DNA of 64,000 nt, from assembly GCA_964402965.1 (NCBI GenBank), contig CAYODY010000003.1, positions 9,846 through 73,845 of the forward strand, given 5' to 3'. Each line of letters begins with the position of its first letter. The first letter of the stretch is position 1. This document shows positions 1 through 8,480 of the stretch, piece after piece. Made by a program: the position numbers and the translations under genes. The DNA comes from an uncultured Candidatus Saccharibacteria bacterium. GTDB lineage: Bacteria; Patescibacteriota; Doudnabacteria; UBA920. The notes beneath the pieces were generated by a model that was not told the DNA's origin, made no database searches, and worked only from the letters and a program-made list of their open reading frames with translations.

Positions 1-534
1 CGCGCGTTGGTTCCATCAGGTGTTGCAGAACCAGTGTTAATAGCCGATATGGACGCTGTAAAAACTGCTTTTGTAATGGTTGAAAATAGTGAACTGCAGT
101 TTACATCTTCTGTGCCTGTTGCTGGCAATGTTTTTACAGAAAAGTTGGCAGCGATATTAAACGTAACACCTGAACAAGCAGAGAAAGTGAAACGAGATAT
201 TGGTCTAGAAAATACAGTTGACTATCCAAATTTAAAAACTGAATTAATGCCAGCAGTAAAAGATCTAGCAGCTGAGATCAAAAATATTTTGAAGTATCAC
301 TATGACAACTCTGAAACGCATATTGCGCATATTCTTCTAACAGGGGGAGGGGCAAAGTTAAAACATATTGGTGAAGTGTTGCCGACTTTATTAGACACCT
401 ATGCTCCAATCAGCGTGACGGTTGCTAATCCTTTAGAACACATTCCAAATTTAGATAATTCAACACTAACCCCGTATGAAGCTTTGAGCTTTACTACGGC
501 TATTGGTCTTGCAATGTGGGGGATGAGAGAATGA
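1..534 (+). CDS. pilM: Type IV pilus assembly protein PilM, 3' portion (5' end lies outside the window)
   Basis: Open frame runs from the window edge. The C-terminal actin-like ATPase fold is typical of PilM (LLTGGGAKL motif). Followed by the pilN and pilO genes. Confidence 0.7.
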   Translation, partial: RALVPSGVAEPVLIADMDAVKTAFVMVENSELQFTSSVPVAGNVFTEKLAAILNVTPEQAEKVKRDIGLENTVDYPNLKTELMPAVKDLAAEIKNILKYHYDNSETHIAHILLTGGGAKLKHIGEVLPTLLDTYAPISVTVANPLEHIPNLDNSTLTPYEALSFTTAIGLAMWGMRE

Positions 535-1097
535 AACCAATAAATTTATTACCAAAAAATAAACAAATTGAAATTTCTCATGAGAAGACTTTTTATAGTG
601 TTTCTGTCGCTGTAGTTATTAGTACGTTAATCATTTTTATTGGGGTTGCTGTACAGTTTGGTGTTTTGGCATATCTGAACAATGAGATCAGCTCGGTTAA
701 TGCAGAGATTGAACAATTAAAAAAAGCAGTAAATAAGAGCGAAAACGCTGCTGTGAAAATGCAAATTAAAACAGCTAATGCGCAAATTTTTGACTTCTTA
801 ACTTTAGATGCAGGAACACCTCATTGGTCGACAGTAATGGCCGCGTTTGTAACGCATGTCCCAGATAACGTAAGGATTACTCAGTTTGAGGGTAAAACTT
901 CTACTGGAGAAATTACTATTACAGGATTTAGCCCAACTCGCGATTTAGTTATAGATTTATATAACAACATAAATTCAGATAAAGAACATTTCAAAGATAT
1001 AAACTATCCATTAGAGAACGTTACTCAGCCTACTAACGTGCGGTTTAACTTCCAATTTTTTGTAGCAGATAAAGTGCTAGTAAAGGATGTAAAATGA
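531..1097 (+). CDS. pilN: Type IV pilus assembly protein PilN
   Basis: Short cytoplasmic N-terminus (MKPINLLPK), one TM helix, then a coiled-coil periplasmic domain. Lies between the pilM and pilO genes. ATG at 531 overlaps the pilM stop. The ORF-track start at 516 is a GTG. Confidence 0.65.
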   Translation: MKPINLLPKNKQIEISHEKTFYSVSVAVVISTLIIFIGVAVQFGVLAYLNNEISSVNAEIEQLKKAVNKSENAAVKMQIKTANAQIFDFLTLDAGTPHWSTVMAAFVTHVPDNVRITQFEGKTSTGEITITGFSPTRDLVIDLYNNINSDKEHFKDINYPLENVTQPTNVRFNFQFFVADKVLVKDVK

Positions 1098-1666
1098 CAA
1101 AAATTTCCAGCAAAATGAAAACAATTGTAGTTCTAGTAGGATTTTTAATCTTTGCAATTTTAATGTTCCTTTTTGGGTATGCAATTATTGGAGACAGAAA
1201 TCGAGCGTTGGCAGACACTATTGCGCAACAACGCGTTCAGCTTGAATCTTTGCAACGTGAACAAAAGAGTTTTGAACAAGGAAAGAAAGATTTAGCAGAA
1301 TTACAAAAATCAATATATCCACCAGATGACCTATTTAGTAGAGATACAAAATTAGTTAAGGAAATACAAGGACTAGAAGACTTGGCATTGAAATATAATT
1401 TAGAATTAAGCATTACACTTTCTGGCAATATTAAAACAGCAACGAAAGCTACTGGAGTTACTGGTGAGTTATATGTAATTCCTTATTCTATGAATTTAAC
1501 CGGAGATCCAGCTAACGTAATGGAATTTATTCAAATGACCGAACACTTAACGTTCATTACTAGAATCCAAAATGTTTCTATCAGCGCAGTAGCAGGCACA
1601 GGATCTGGTGGGTCTAAAGATGGCGTGCGAGCTGTACTTTCTTCAGAATTTTACATAAAAAAATGA
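1094..1666 (+). CDS. pilO: Type IV pilus assembly protein PilO
   Basis: One N-terminal TM helix plus a coiled coil (QRVQLESLQREQKSFEQGKKDLAELQ). ATGA overlap with pilN stop. RBS AAGGATG upstream. Confidence 0.6.
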   Translation: MTKISSKMKTIVVLVGFLIFAILMFLFGYAIIGDRNRALADTIAQQRVQLESLQREQKSFEQGKKDLAELQKSIYPPDDLFSRDTKLVKEIQGLEDLALKYNLELSITLSGNIKTATKATGVTGELYVIPYSMNLTGDPANVMEFIQMTEHLTFITRIQNVSISAVAGTGSGGSKDGVRAVLSSEFYIKK

Positions 1667-1983
1667 AACTCAAATTTAAAATAGACTTTAAGAATTTAAC
1701 TTTACTAAAAATATTTAAAAAGCATTATAGCATTTTGCTTTGGCTATTTTTATTAGTCTTTGTTGTACTAGTTGGATTCGTAATATTGGGTGAATACAAA
1801 AAACTGTTGCAATCAAAGGCAACTGTGAACGATAGTGATCTGAAAATTGTACGCGTGGATTTGGCTAAGCATAAAGAGATAGAAACCAAGTTAAATGCTA
1901 GTTCTTCTTTTCAACCTCAAGCGGTACCAAAAGCTTTTGTGTTTGGAGTTGAGCCTACTAAGTCTTCTGCAAAAACCCCTTAA
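1663..1983 (+). CDS. Small membrane-anchored protein translationally coupled to pilO (possible PilP-like accessory protein)
   Basis: ATGA overlap with pilO stop. Single TM helix. No recognisable catalytic motif. Confidence 0.4.
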   Translation: MKLKFKIDFKNLTLLKIFKKHYSILLWLFLLVFVVLVGFVILGEYKKLLQSKATVNDSDLKIVRVDLAKHKEIETKLNASSSFQPQAVPKAFVFGVEPTKSSAKTP

Positions 1984-2021
1984 TGCACTCTTTTTGCGTT
2001 AAATAAGCCATAATCAGGGAT

Positions 2022-2049
2022 TGATTTTTTGTTGTTAATTTGTTATAAT
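2022..2049 (+). promoter_or_regulatory. Sigma-70 promoter TTGATT-N17-TATAAT upstream of tRNA-Lys
   Basis: Consensus-like hexamers with a 17-nt spacer, about 28 nt upstream of the mature tRNA 5' end. Confidence 0.45.
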
Positions 2050-2076
2050 TTTCTTTGTATTAAGTATATATATTTT

Positions 2077-2152
2077 GGATCGGTAGCTCAGTCGGTAGAG
2101 CAGTTGACTCTTAATCAATTGGTCGTGGGTTCGAATCCCACCCGGTCCACCA
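2077..2152 (+). tRNA. tRNA-Lys (anticodon CTT), CCA encoded
   Basis: Cloverleaf readable by eye: acceptor GGATCGG/CCGGTCC, D-arm GCTCAGTCGGTAGAGC, anticodon loop CTCTTAA, T-loop GGTTCGAATCC, 3' ACCA. Confidence 0.85.
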
Positions 2153-2163
2153 AGCTAGATTTT

Positions 2164-2190
2164 AAAAAAAACACCCTTGCGGGTGTTTTA
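2164..2190. terminator. Bidirectional intrinsic terminator (A-run, hairpin ACACCC-ttgc-GGGTGT, T-run)
   Basis: GC hairpin flanked by A7 and TTTTAT. Sits between convergent tRNA-Lys and the minus-strand nucleotidyltransferase gene. Confidence 0.6.
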
Positions 2191-2212
2191 TATTTCCACG
2201 TAACTTAATTCA

Positions 2213-2887
2213 CTAAACTATTTTTTTAATATAGTAATCGTTGGCAAATTTAAGTTGTTCGGGTGTGCCAACCGGTAACCAATGTGTTGCTGGGACAACC
2301 ATAACTTTTTGATCTTCTGCCATTTGCACGAGAGTATGGGGGAGGCTGTATTCTGTTTTGTCGTGCACAGTTACTTCCGCCATTTTTTCATTAAAAAACT
2401 CTTTTGTTAAATGGTATGCACCGCAACAAAGTAGAGGAGAGCTACTTTTGAAACTCAATAGACGTTTTTCTGAATCTGTTTCCAATCCAAATTCGTAAGG
2501 CTTAGTGCTTTCCCAGGCAAGAATTGAAAGCGGGGAGTCTAGGAGTTTAGTAAGATCGTTTTTGTTGTACAGGTCATCACCATTCACAACTAGGAAATTT
2601 TGATCCACAACACTTTTGGCTTGTAGAATTGCATCACCTGTGCCAAGTAAAACTTTCTGCTCAACATATTGAATAGGTTTGCCGTTCCAAGAATTCCCAA
2701 GGTGCTCTCGAATTTGCTCACCTAAATATCCAATAACAATAATTATTTCTGTTGTGTTGTCTGGAAGAGATTCCAGTGTGTACTCAATTAAAGGCTTGTT
2801 CGCAATGGGAATTAACGGCTTAGGGTGATTCTCTGTGAACGGACGAAGTCGCAGGCCTTTACCTGCGGCAAGAATAACTGCTTGCAT
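2213..2887 (-). CDS. Sugar-phosphate nucleotidyltransferase (NTP_transferase family, G1P thymidylyl/uridylyltransferase-like)
   Basis: N-terminal MQAVILAAGKGLRLRP...KPL motif (the GxGxR nucleotidyltransferase signature) and VNGDDLY. Confidence 0.7.
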   Translation of the reverse strand: MQAVILAAGKGLRLRPFTENHPKPLIPIANKPLIEYTLESLPDNTTEIIIVIGYLGEQIREHLGNSWNGKPIQYVEQKVLLGTGDAILQAKSVVDQNFLVVNGDDLYNKNDLTKLLDSPLSILAWESTKPYEFGLETDSEKRLLSFKSSSPLLCCGAYHLTKEFFNEKMAEVTVHDKTEYSLPHTLVQMAEDQKVMVVPATHWLPVGTPEQLKFANDYYIKKIV

Positions 2888-3011
2888 GATAGTATTTTTA
2901 AGGTAAAAAGAATGTTATTGGCTTAAAAGAATGATATTGACTTGAGTAAGTTTAGCGAGTAGAATATGGAGATCGTGTAAAAGTAGTTAGTTGAAGTATA
3001 GGGAGGTAAGA

Positions 3012-3269
3012 ATGATAGTAGACTATAGCAGTGCCGAATCGGTTAAACAGAACGATGGCCAGCGCGCTGATCAGAAGGAAGGTAACAATCGTTTATTTAG
3101 GTTTCTGTTCTCCTTCGTGATGATTTTTGCCTTTATCGTTTGGATGCTACAAGTAAGTGATGGCTTCGTTTCGAAAGAAGAACGAGACCGGCGGCTTGGC
3201 AGGAAACGCTTAATTTGGTTCCTGTGTGCTTTTGTTCTAATTTTTGCATTCGCCGTTTGGCTGAGGTAA
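3012..3269 (+). CDS. Small two-TM membrane protein with internal duplication
   Basis: RBS GGGAGG 5 nt before ATG 3012. Two repeated hydrophobic segments (LFSFVMIFAFIVWML and LCAFVLIFAFAVWL). The ORF-track start at 2991 is a TTG. Confidence 0.35.
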   Translation: MIVDYSSAESVKQNDGQRADQKEGNNRLFRFLFSFVMIFAFIVWMLQVSDGFVSKEERDRRLGRKRLIWFLCAFVLIFAFAVWLR

Positions 3270-3327
3270 ACGTAAGTTATATATAGGTTGTTGGATTTTC
3301 CAACGACCTTATTTTTTTTAAAATTTC

Positions 3328-3404
3328 TGGTGCACCCGGCAGGACTTGAACCTACAACCTCCCGGTTCGAAGCCGGACGCTCTATCCAGTTGAGCTACGG
3401 GTGC
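3328..3404 (-). tRNA. tRNA-Arg (anticodon TCG), CCA encoded
   Basis: Reverse complement reads GCACCCG-TA-GCTCAACTGGATAGAGC-G-TCCGG-CTTCGAA-CCGGG...GGTTCAAGTCC...CGGGTGC-A-CCA. Confidence 0.8.
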
Positions 3405-3504
3405 CAATTATGTACTGCTCAATTTTACTTGAAAATACAAATAATTGCAATGCCTAAAGGGGAGGGCTGACTGCTTCTGTCTACCGTGTTATACTCAAAA
3501 AGCT

Positions 3505-4443
3505 ATGATAACTTTACTTCTAGGTACCGATGGCTTAGCCAAAAAACAACATATTTTCGAAGCAATAAAAAAAGCTGGGGCTGAAATAGAATCATATAAC
3601 GAAGGTAGTACTTTGCCACCCTTGGGAACTCTATTTGAACAGCAACTTTTTGGCGCGCCTAAAGTTGTAGTATTCGATGAAGTCAAAGCGTTGGATTTAG
3701 AAGATGTATTAGAAAAATTGGGAGATAATAAAAATGCCCAATTGTATATTTTAGAACAGAGTTTGGACAAACGTAAAAAAGTTAATTTAGATTTCCTTAA
3801 AGATTCGCGAGTTAATGTTTTGGAGTTTTCAGCGCCAGTAGGAGTAAAAAATTCTGCGAATTGGATTTTGAAGTTTGCTAAGAATCGCGGTATAGAGATG
3901 GATACGCAAACTGCAACAGAGCTTGCCACCACGCTTTTAGTAGATGAAGAAGACAATTTACCTGTTGAGCGTGCTCAAAATGAGTTGGAAAAGTTAAAAG
4001 CTTATGCAGGCGGAGATGTAATTACAGCTGAAATGGTTCATTTACTTGTTGAACCAATTACAGGGGTAGATGTGTTCGCGCTTTTAAATGCTATTTCAGA
4101 AAAAAATAAATCAAAAGCTTTAAAATTACTCAATGAAATTTTCTCCTTAGAGTCAGGAGATGAAAAGGGGAATGCCATAAAAATTGTTGCATTGTTAGCA
4201 GATCAGTTTAGAAGTTTGTTAATGGTTCAAGACTCGTTGGCCCGCAAATTTTCTGATGAACAAATTATGGAGTTAACTGGATGGAAGACAGGTAGACTAT
4301 TCATTATGAAAAAGTTGGCTCGCAACTTTACTCCTGCTCAAGCTAAATCTGCTTTGTCTAAATTAACAAGTTTGGACAAAGAATTAAAGAGTAGTACGCT
4401 TCCATCCAAAGTTGTTTTGAGTTTAATTGTTGCGGGTTTGTAA
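3505..4443 (+). CDS. holA: DNA polymerase III delta subunit
   Basis: Typical HolA N-terminus (MITLLLGTD...). Length about 312 aa. Conserved delta-subunit fold pattern with a C-terminal helical domain. Start chosen at the first ATG that does not overlap the tRNA. Confidence 0.6.
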   Translation: MITLLLGTDGLAKKQHIFEAIKKAGAEIESYNEGSTLPPLGTLFEQQLFGAPKVVVFDEVKALDLEDVLEKLGDNKNAQLYILEQSLDKRKKVNLDFLKDSRVNVLEFSAPVGVKNSANWILKFAKNRGIEMDTQTATELATTLLVDEEDNLPVERAQNELEKLKAYAGGDVITAEMVHLLVEPITGVDVFALLNAISEKNKSKALKLLNEIFSLESGDEKGNAIKIVALLADQFRSLLMVQDSLARKFSDEQIMELTGWKTGRLFIMKKLARNFTPAQAKSALSKLTSLDKELKSSTLPSKVVLSLIVAGL

Positions 4444-4550
4444 TGCGTCTGTAAAATTTCTAAAAATTTTAAAATAGAACTTGATTTGCGCTTTTACTAA
4501 AAGTGTGCTATAATACATATACGTTAACAATTAAACGAAACAAAAACAAA

Positions 4551-5240
4551 ATGTCTAAAGGTATAAAGTTTTTAGCGATCGCGCTATGTTTAGGGGTAAT
4601 GGCTCCTTCAATGGCCTTTGCATCGGATAGTAGTTCAACAACAGAAACAACCACTACAAGTGCAGCTACTTGTAGAGAAGCAGTTAAATCTGCACGAACA
4701 ACTTTTCGTGATGCAATAAAGGCAAACGAAAAAACTTTTAAAGATTCAATCAAAGCAGCGGAAGTTGCTATGAAGGCATCTATTAAATCTGGTACAGATA
4801 AAGAAACAGCGCGTGCAACTTTTAAGACTGCTAAAGATGCAGCTCTAGCTGTTCGTAAGGCGGCAGATAAAACTGCGTTAGAAGCAAGAGATGCAGCGTT
4901 AGCTGCAGCAGGCGATTGTCGTAAAGACAAGCATAAAGATAGAAATTTAAAAAAGCAAAAAGCTTTAGAGTTCAAAACTTGTATAAAAGCAAGTAATGAA
5001 TCTGCAAAGAAAGCAGAAAAAGATGCACAAGCATACTTTGAAGCATTAAAGAAAACGAAACCTTCGAAAGAAGTGTTAATGGCAGCAAAAGAAGCATTAA
5101 AATTGGCTAAAAAAGCTGCTCACGATTCAGAGCGTACAGCTAAGTTAGCTTGTAAGGATGCTTTCAAGAGTGAAGATTCCTCAACAAGCAACGAAACTGA
5201 AACCGAAACTGAGACAGAGCATGGTGCAAACCATTCTTAA
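4551..5240 (+). CDS. Secreted Ala/Lys-rich alpha-helical protein (signal peptide, 4 Cys, C-terminal ETETETE tail)
   Basis: Signal peptide MSKGIKFLAIALCLGVMAPSMAFA followed by an amphipathic KA-rich repeat region. No homology recognisable by eye. Confidence 0.5.
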   Translation: MSKGIKFLAIALCLGVMAPSMAFASDSSSTTETTTTSAATCREAVKSARTTFRDAIKANEKTFKDSIKAAEVAMKASIKSGTDKETARATFKTAKDAALAVRKAADKTALEARDAALAAAGDCRKDKHKDRNLKKQKALEFKTCIKASNESAKKAEKDAQAYFEALKKTKPSKEVLMAAKEALKLAKKAAHDSERTAKLACKDAFKSEDSSTSNETETETETEHGANHS

Positions 5241-5309
5241 AACTAGTCTGAGTAAACATATTATAAACCAAAAATAAAAACTTAAACTTAACTCAAATAG
5301 TTTAAAATA

Positions 5310-5336
5310 AAGCCGTCCTTGCAGGGCGGCTTTTAA
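5310..5336 (+). terminator. Intrinsic terminator (AGCCGTCC-ttgc-AGGGCGGCT then TTTT)
   Basis: GC-rich hairpin followed by a T-run after the 4551..5240 gene. Confidence 0.6.
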
Positions 5337-5370
5337 ATTACTTTTTTAAATCCCTCTGTAATTGTCCGAC

Positions 5371-5399
5371 TTGACTTTATGGGCAATATATAGTAGAAT
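5371..5399 (+). promoter_or_regulatory. Sigma-70 promoter TTGACT-N17-TAGAAT
   Basis: Near-consensus hexamers, 17-nt spacer, about 47 nt upstream of ATG 5447, which has RBS GGAGGA. Confidence 0.5.
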
Positions 5400-5446
5400 T
5401 TAGCACAGTATTTTGAATATACAAATTTCGGTATGGAGGATAGGAT

Positions 5447-5932
5447 ATGTTATTTGCGATGTTTCAGGAAGTCGTTCAGCAGGGTTCTGCGTTTGCAGTG
5501 TCTTCGGATGCAGTAATTTTCATTCTGATGACTTGCTGTATTGGCCTTGCTGTGCTCTCTCTCGTAGTGATTCTTAAGCTTCGTGCTTTCCATGCGAAAG
5601 AAAAGAAAGAACTGCTTAAGAAGCAAGGAGATTTTCATCGGGTCGTTAGAATAGTCACTGACCTTTACGACCAGTCTGGCTTTACAGAAGGTATAGAAGG
5701 CTCTGAAAAATTGGGTATTTGGGACATGTTAGTTCCAATCATCTACTATCTCGGTCGCTGTGAAGTAGGTCCCTCTGAACCTCAATTGCTTAGTGTGATT
5801 GAGCAATGTAATAACAATGTGGGGAAAATTTTTTCGACTTCTGTAGTAACGAAGAACATGCCAGTGTGGTCTAAGCGGAGGGGGACTTCCTTGGAACTGT
5901 TTGAAGGGTACTGTTTACAAACAGTGGCATGA
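5447..5932 (+). CDS. Hypothetical membrane-anchored protein (N-terminal TM), GC-rich gene
   Basis: Strong RBS GGAGGA. About 47% GC against about 36% background. N-terminal hydrophobic helix. Confidence 0.45.
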   Translation: MLFAMFQEVVQQGSAFAVSSDAVIFILMTCCIGLAVLSLVVILKLRAFHAKEKKELLKKQGDFHRVVRIVTDLYDQSGFTEGIEGSEKLGIWDMLVPIIYYLGRCEVGPSEPQLLSVIEQCNNNVGKIFSTSVVTKNMPVWSKRRGTSLELFEGYCLQTVA

Positions 5933-6362
5933 GCGCCTTACGAAGCGTCGGCAAGAGTACATTAACAAAACGTTCAAAGACTTTGAAGATGCCAATACTT
6001 TTGAGTCGTTGCAGGGTTACGAAGAGAAGCTGTCTTTGATTGAGACATGGTTGGTAGAACCTGCCTTTGATGCTTCTAGCTTAACTGTCGGCCGTGACCC
6101 CTTAACTAAGGAGAGCCTCCTACTTGAGGGGAAAGATATTCGTCGTCGTATTGCACAATACTACTTCGAAAGTCTCTTTGCTCAAAGTCTTCTGCATCCT
6201 GAACATGTTGACGGCGACCCTCTGTCTATGCAAAGTTGGAACACTCTCGTCGAGTACATTGAAGCGGCAGGCGGGTTTAAAGAAAGCGGCATTAACGAAA
6301 ACGACTATGCGTCGTTACTTTCCCAGCTTACTGAAACTTTGGATGTACGAAAGAGTAGATAG
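5901..6362 (+). CDS. Hypothetical protein in the +1 frame overlapping the previous ORF by 32 nt; no ATG start, so possibly the downstream half of one frameshifted gene
   Basis: Long open frame with no ATG for more than 100 codons. Begins immediately at the overlap. Same GC-rich composition. A terminator follows. Confidence 0.35.
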   Translation: MKGTVYKQWHERLTKRRQEYINKTFKDFEDANTFESLQGYEEKLSLIETWLVEPAFDASSLTVGRDPLTKESLLLEGKDIRRRIAQYYFESLFAQSLLHPEHVDGDPLSMQSWNTLVEYIEAAGGFKESGINENDYASLLSQLTETLDVRKSR

Positions 6363-6396
6363 CTTTTTTTCTGCTCAATCAAACAAAAAACCAAAA

Positions 6397-6446
6397 AGCC
6401 TCGAGCTTGCCACATTAATTTGTTGGTAAGATCGAGGCTCTTTTTT
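6397..6446. terminator. Bidirectional intrinsic terminator (AGCCTCGAGCTTGCC ... GGTAAGATCGAGGCT, T6)
   Basis: Long imperfect hairpin flanked by an A-run and T-run, between convergent genes (typA on the minus strand). Confidence 0.6.
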
Positions 6447-6466
6447 ATGTATAAACTTTTTATTTA

Positions 6467-8329
6467 TTAACTTTGCTTTGCTTTTTTGCGTTCGTTCAAA
6501 GTTAAATGTTTTTTGCGAATACGAATAGATTTTGGTGTAACCTCTACAAGTTCATCTGGTCCAATGTATTCTAGAGCGAAGTCCAATGTTACATCTTTTG
6601 GTGGGGTTAGAATAATGCTAGAGTCAGATCCAGATGCACGCATGTTGGTAAGCTTCTTACCTTTACACACGTTTACTTCCAAATCCATATCTAGGGAGTT
6701 GATTCCCACTACCATACCTTCGTACACTTCTGTTGCAGGACCAATAAACAAAGTACCGCGACCTTGAGCATTATTTAATCCGTAAGCTAGGGCTGAACCA
6801 GAATCTGAAGAAATAATTGAGCCATGTTCGTTACTACGTAAATCAATAGGGTGTACTGGCTTGTAGCTATCAAACAAGTTATTGATAATAGCAGTTCCTC
6901 GAGTACGGGTTAGAAGTAAGTTTTTCAAACCAATTAGACCGCGAGTTGGGATGATGTATTCAGCATGAATTTCTCCAGATGGGTTTGTATCCATGTGCTG
7001 TAGCTCACCACCACGCTTACCAGCTTCTTCAATAACAACACCTTGGTGTTCTGTTGGCACGTCGATTGTTAGAATTTCGTAAGGTTCTTTTTTAATTCCT
7101 TCTTCTTCAATGAAAATAACTTGAGGTTGTGAAACTTGCAACTCAAAACCTTCGCGACGCATAGTTTCAATTAAAATTCCTAAGTGAAGTTCTCCACGAC
7201 CGGAAACTAAGAATGCATCTCCGCTGTCTGTAGATTGTTCAACGCGCAATGCAACGTTTGTTTCCAATTCACGATCAAGGCGGTCTTTAATCTGACGACT
7301 TGTTAACAAAGTTCCTTCGCGACCAGCAAATGGGGAAGTGTTAACACCAAAAGTCATTTTAATAGTTGGTTGTTCAATTTCAACAGGTGGAATTTGAACA
7401 GGGTTTGCACTATCACAAAGTGTATCTCCAATTTGGATTGCATCAAAACCACCAATAGCAATAATATCTCCAGCTGATGCTTCTTCTACTTCAACTGGAA
7501 CCATACCTTCATACATTTGCATACTTGTTGCTTTTCCAGTTGTTTTTTGTCCGTAACGGGCAATTAGAGTAATGTTTTGTGCTTTTTTGATTGTCCCAGA
7601 GCTAATTTTTCCAATACCAATTTTACCTTTGTAGTTGTCGTAGCGTAGAGCCAAGATTAACATAGAGAAAGGTTCATCTAGTGCAACTGTCGGTGCAGGT
7701 ACATGATTCACAATTGCTTCAAAAACAGGAACAATGTTATGAGTTTCGTTTGGAAGTTCCATTCCTGATTCGTTCTTTGCTTTTACAGCATCTAGAACAG
7801 GTTGAAGTTCAGTATGTGCAACACCGTTTATTCCACTAGCGTAAAGAATAGGAAAGTCTAGTTGAGCATCAGTTGCATTCAAAGAAACAAACAAATCAAA
7901 AGTTTTATTTATAACTTCATCTACTTGAGCTTCTGGCTTATCTACTTTGTTGATTACAACAATAGCACGATGACCAAGCTCTAAAGCTTTTTTAAGAACG
8001 AACTTTGTTTGAGGCATTGGACCTTCTTTGGCGTCTACTAACAAAAGTACACCATCAGCCATTTTTAAAGTACGTTCAACTTCACCACCGAAGTCTGCGT
8101 GACCTGGTGTGTCTACGATGTTAATTTTAACGTCGTTGTAAATAACAGACGCATTTTTAGCAGTAATAGTAATACCACGTTCACGTTCAAGATCGCCAGA
8201 GTCCATAACCAAATCTGTACCGCCGTCTTTAACAGTGTGGGTTTGGCGGAGCATGGCGTCTACTAATGTAGTTTTGCCATGGTCAACGTGAGCTATAATG
8301 GCAACATTTCGAATATTTTCGCGTTTCAT
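6467..8329 (-). CDS. typA: Translational GTPase TypA/BipA
   Basis: NVAIIAHVDHGKTTLVD (G1), DTPGHADF (G3), NKVD (G4) and the EF-G-like domain order. Start set at MKRENIRN, which has RBS AGGAAAG. Confidence 0.9.
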   Translation of the reverse strand: MKRENIRNVAIIAHVDHGKTTLVDAMLRQTHTVKDGGTDLVMDSGDLERERGITITAKNASVIYNDVKINIVDTPGHADFGGEVERTLKMADGVLLLVDAKEGPMPQTKFVLKKALELGHRAIVVINKVDKPEAQVDEVINKTFDLFVSLNATDAQLDFPILYASGINGVAHTELQPVLDAVKAKNESGMELPNETHNIVPVFEAIVNHVPAPTVALDEPFSMLILALRYDNYKGKIGIGKISSGTIKKAQNITLIARYGQKTTGKATSMQMYEGMVPVEVEEASAGDIIAIGGFDAIQIGDTLCDSANPVQIPPVEIEQPTIKMTFGVNTSPFAGREGTLLTSRQIKDRLDRELETNVALRVEQSTDSGDAFLVSGRGELHLGILIETMRREGFELQVSQPQVIFIEEEGIKKEPYEILTIDVPTEHQGVVIEEAGKRGGELQHMDTNPSGEIHAEYIIPTRGLIGLKNLLLTRTRGTAIINNLFDSYKPVHPIDLRSNEHGSIISSDSGSALAYGLNNAQGRGTLFIGPATEVYEGMVVGINSLDMDLEVNVCKGKKLTNMRASGSDSSIILTPPKDVTLDFALEYIGPDELVEVTPKSIRIRKKHLTLNERKKAKQS

Positions 8330-8480
8330 AGTTGTTTCTTTCCTAGTTTCTGTCCTAGATAGTTCATTAAAAAATAGCCCCTTCACTAGGCTAATATGGA
8401 AAAATTATACCAGTTATCTAAGAAAAATGCAAGGGATGACTTTTTTTGCTATACTAAATTCAGTATTAAATATAATCAGT

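Noticed and set aside
3288-3470. 60-aa ORF overlapping tRNA-Arg(TCG)
   Set aside because: It lies across a well-formed tRNA on the opposite strand, and its translation contains the tRNA-derived string. Spurious.
3495-3956. Antisense ORFs inside holA (3495..3956) and inside the Ala/Lys-rich secreted protein gene (4508..4975)
   Set aside because: Fully nested antisense to better-supported genes. Low-complexity Ala/Ser/Leu translations typical of reverse frames.
6124-6429. 101-aa ORF overlapping the end of the 5901..6362 frame and running through the terminator
   Set aside because: It reads through an intrinsic terminator hairpin and is in an alternative frame of the GC-rich island.
8298-8480. 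N-terminal extension of the AI-2E transporter ORF back to 8298
   Set aside because: It would overlap the divergent typA start codon (8329) and its promoter region. The paralogue at 47724 and the TM pattern support a start at 8481 (or at 8427/8436).
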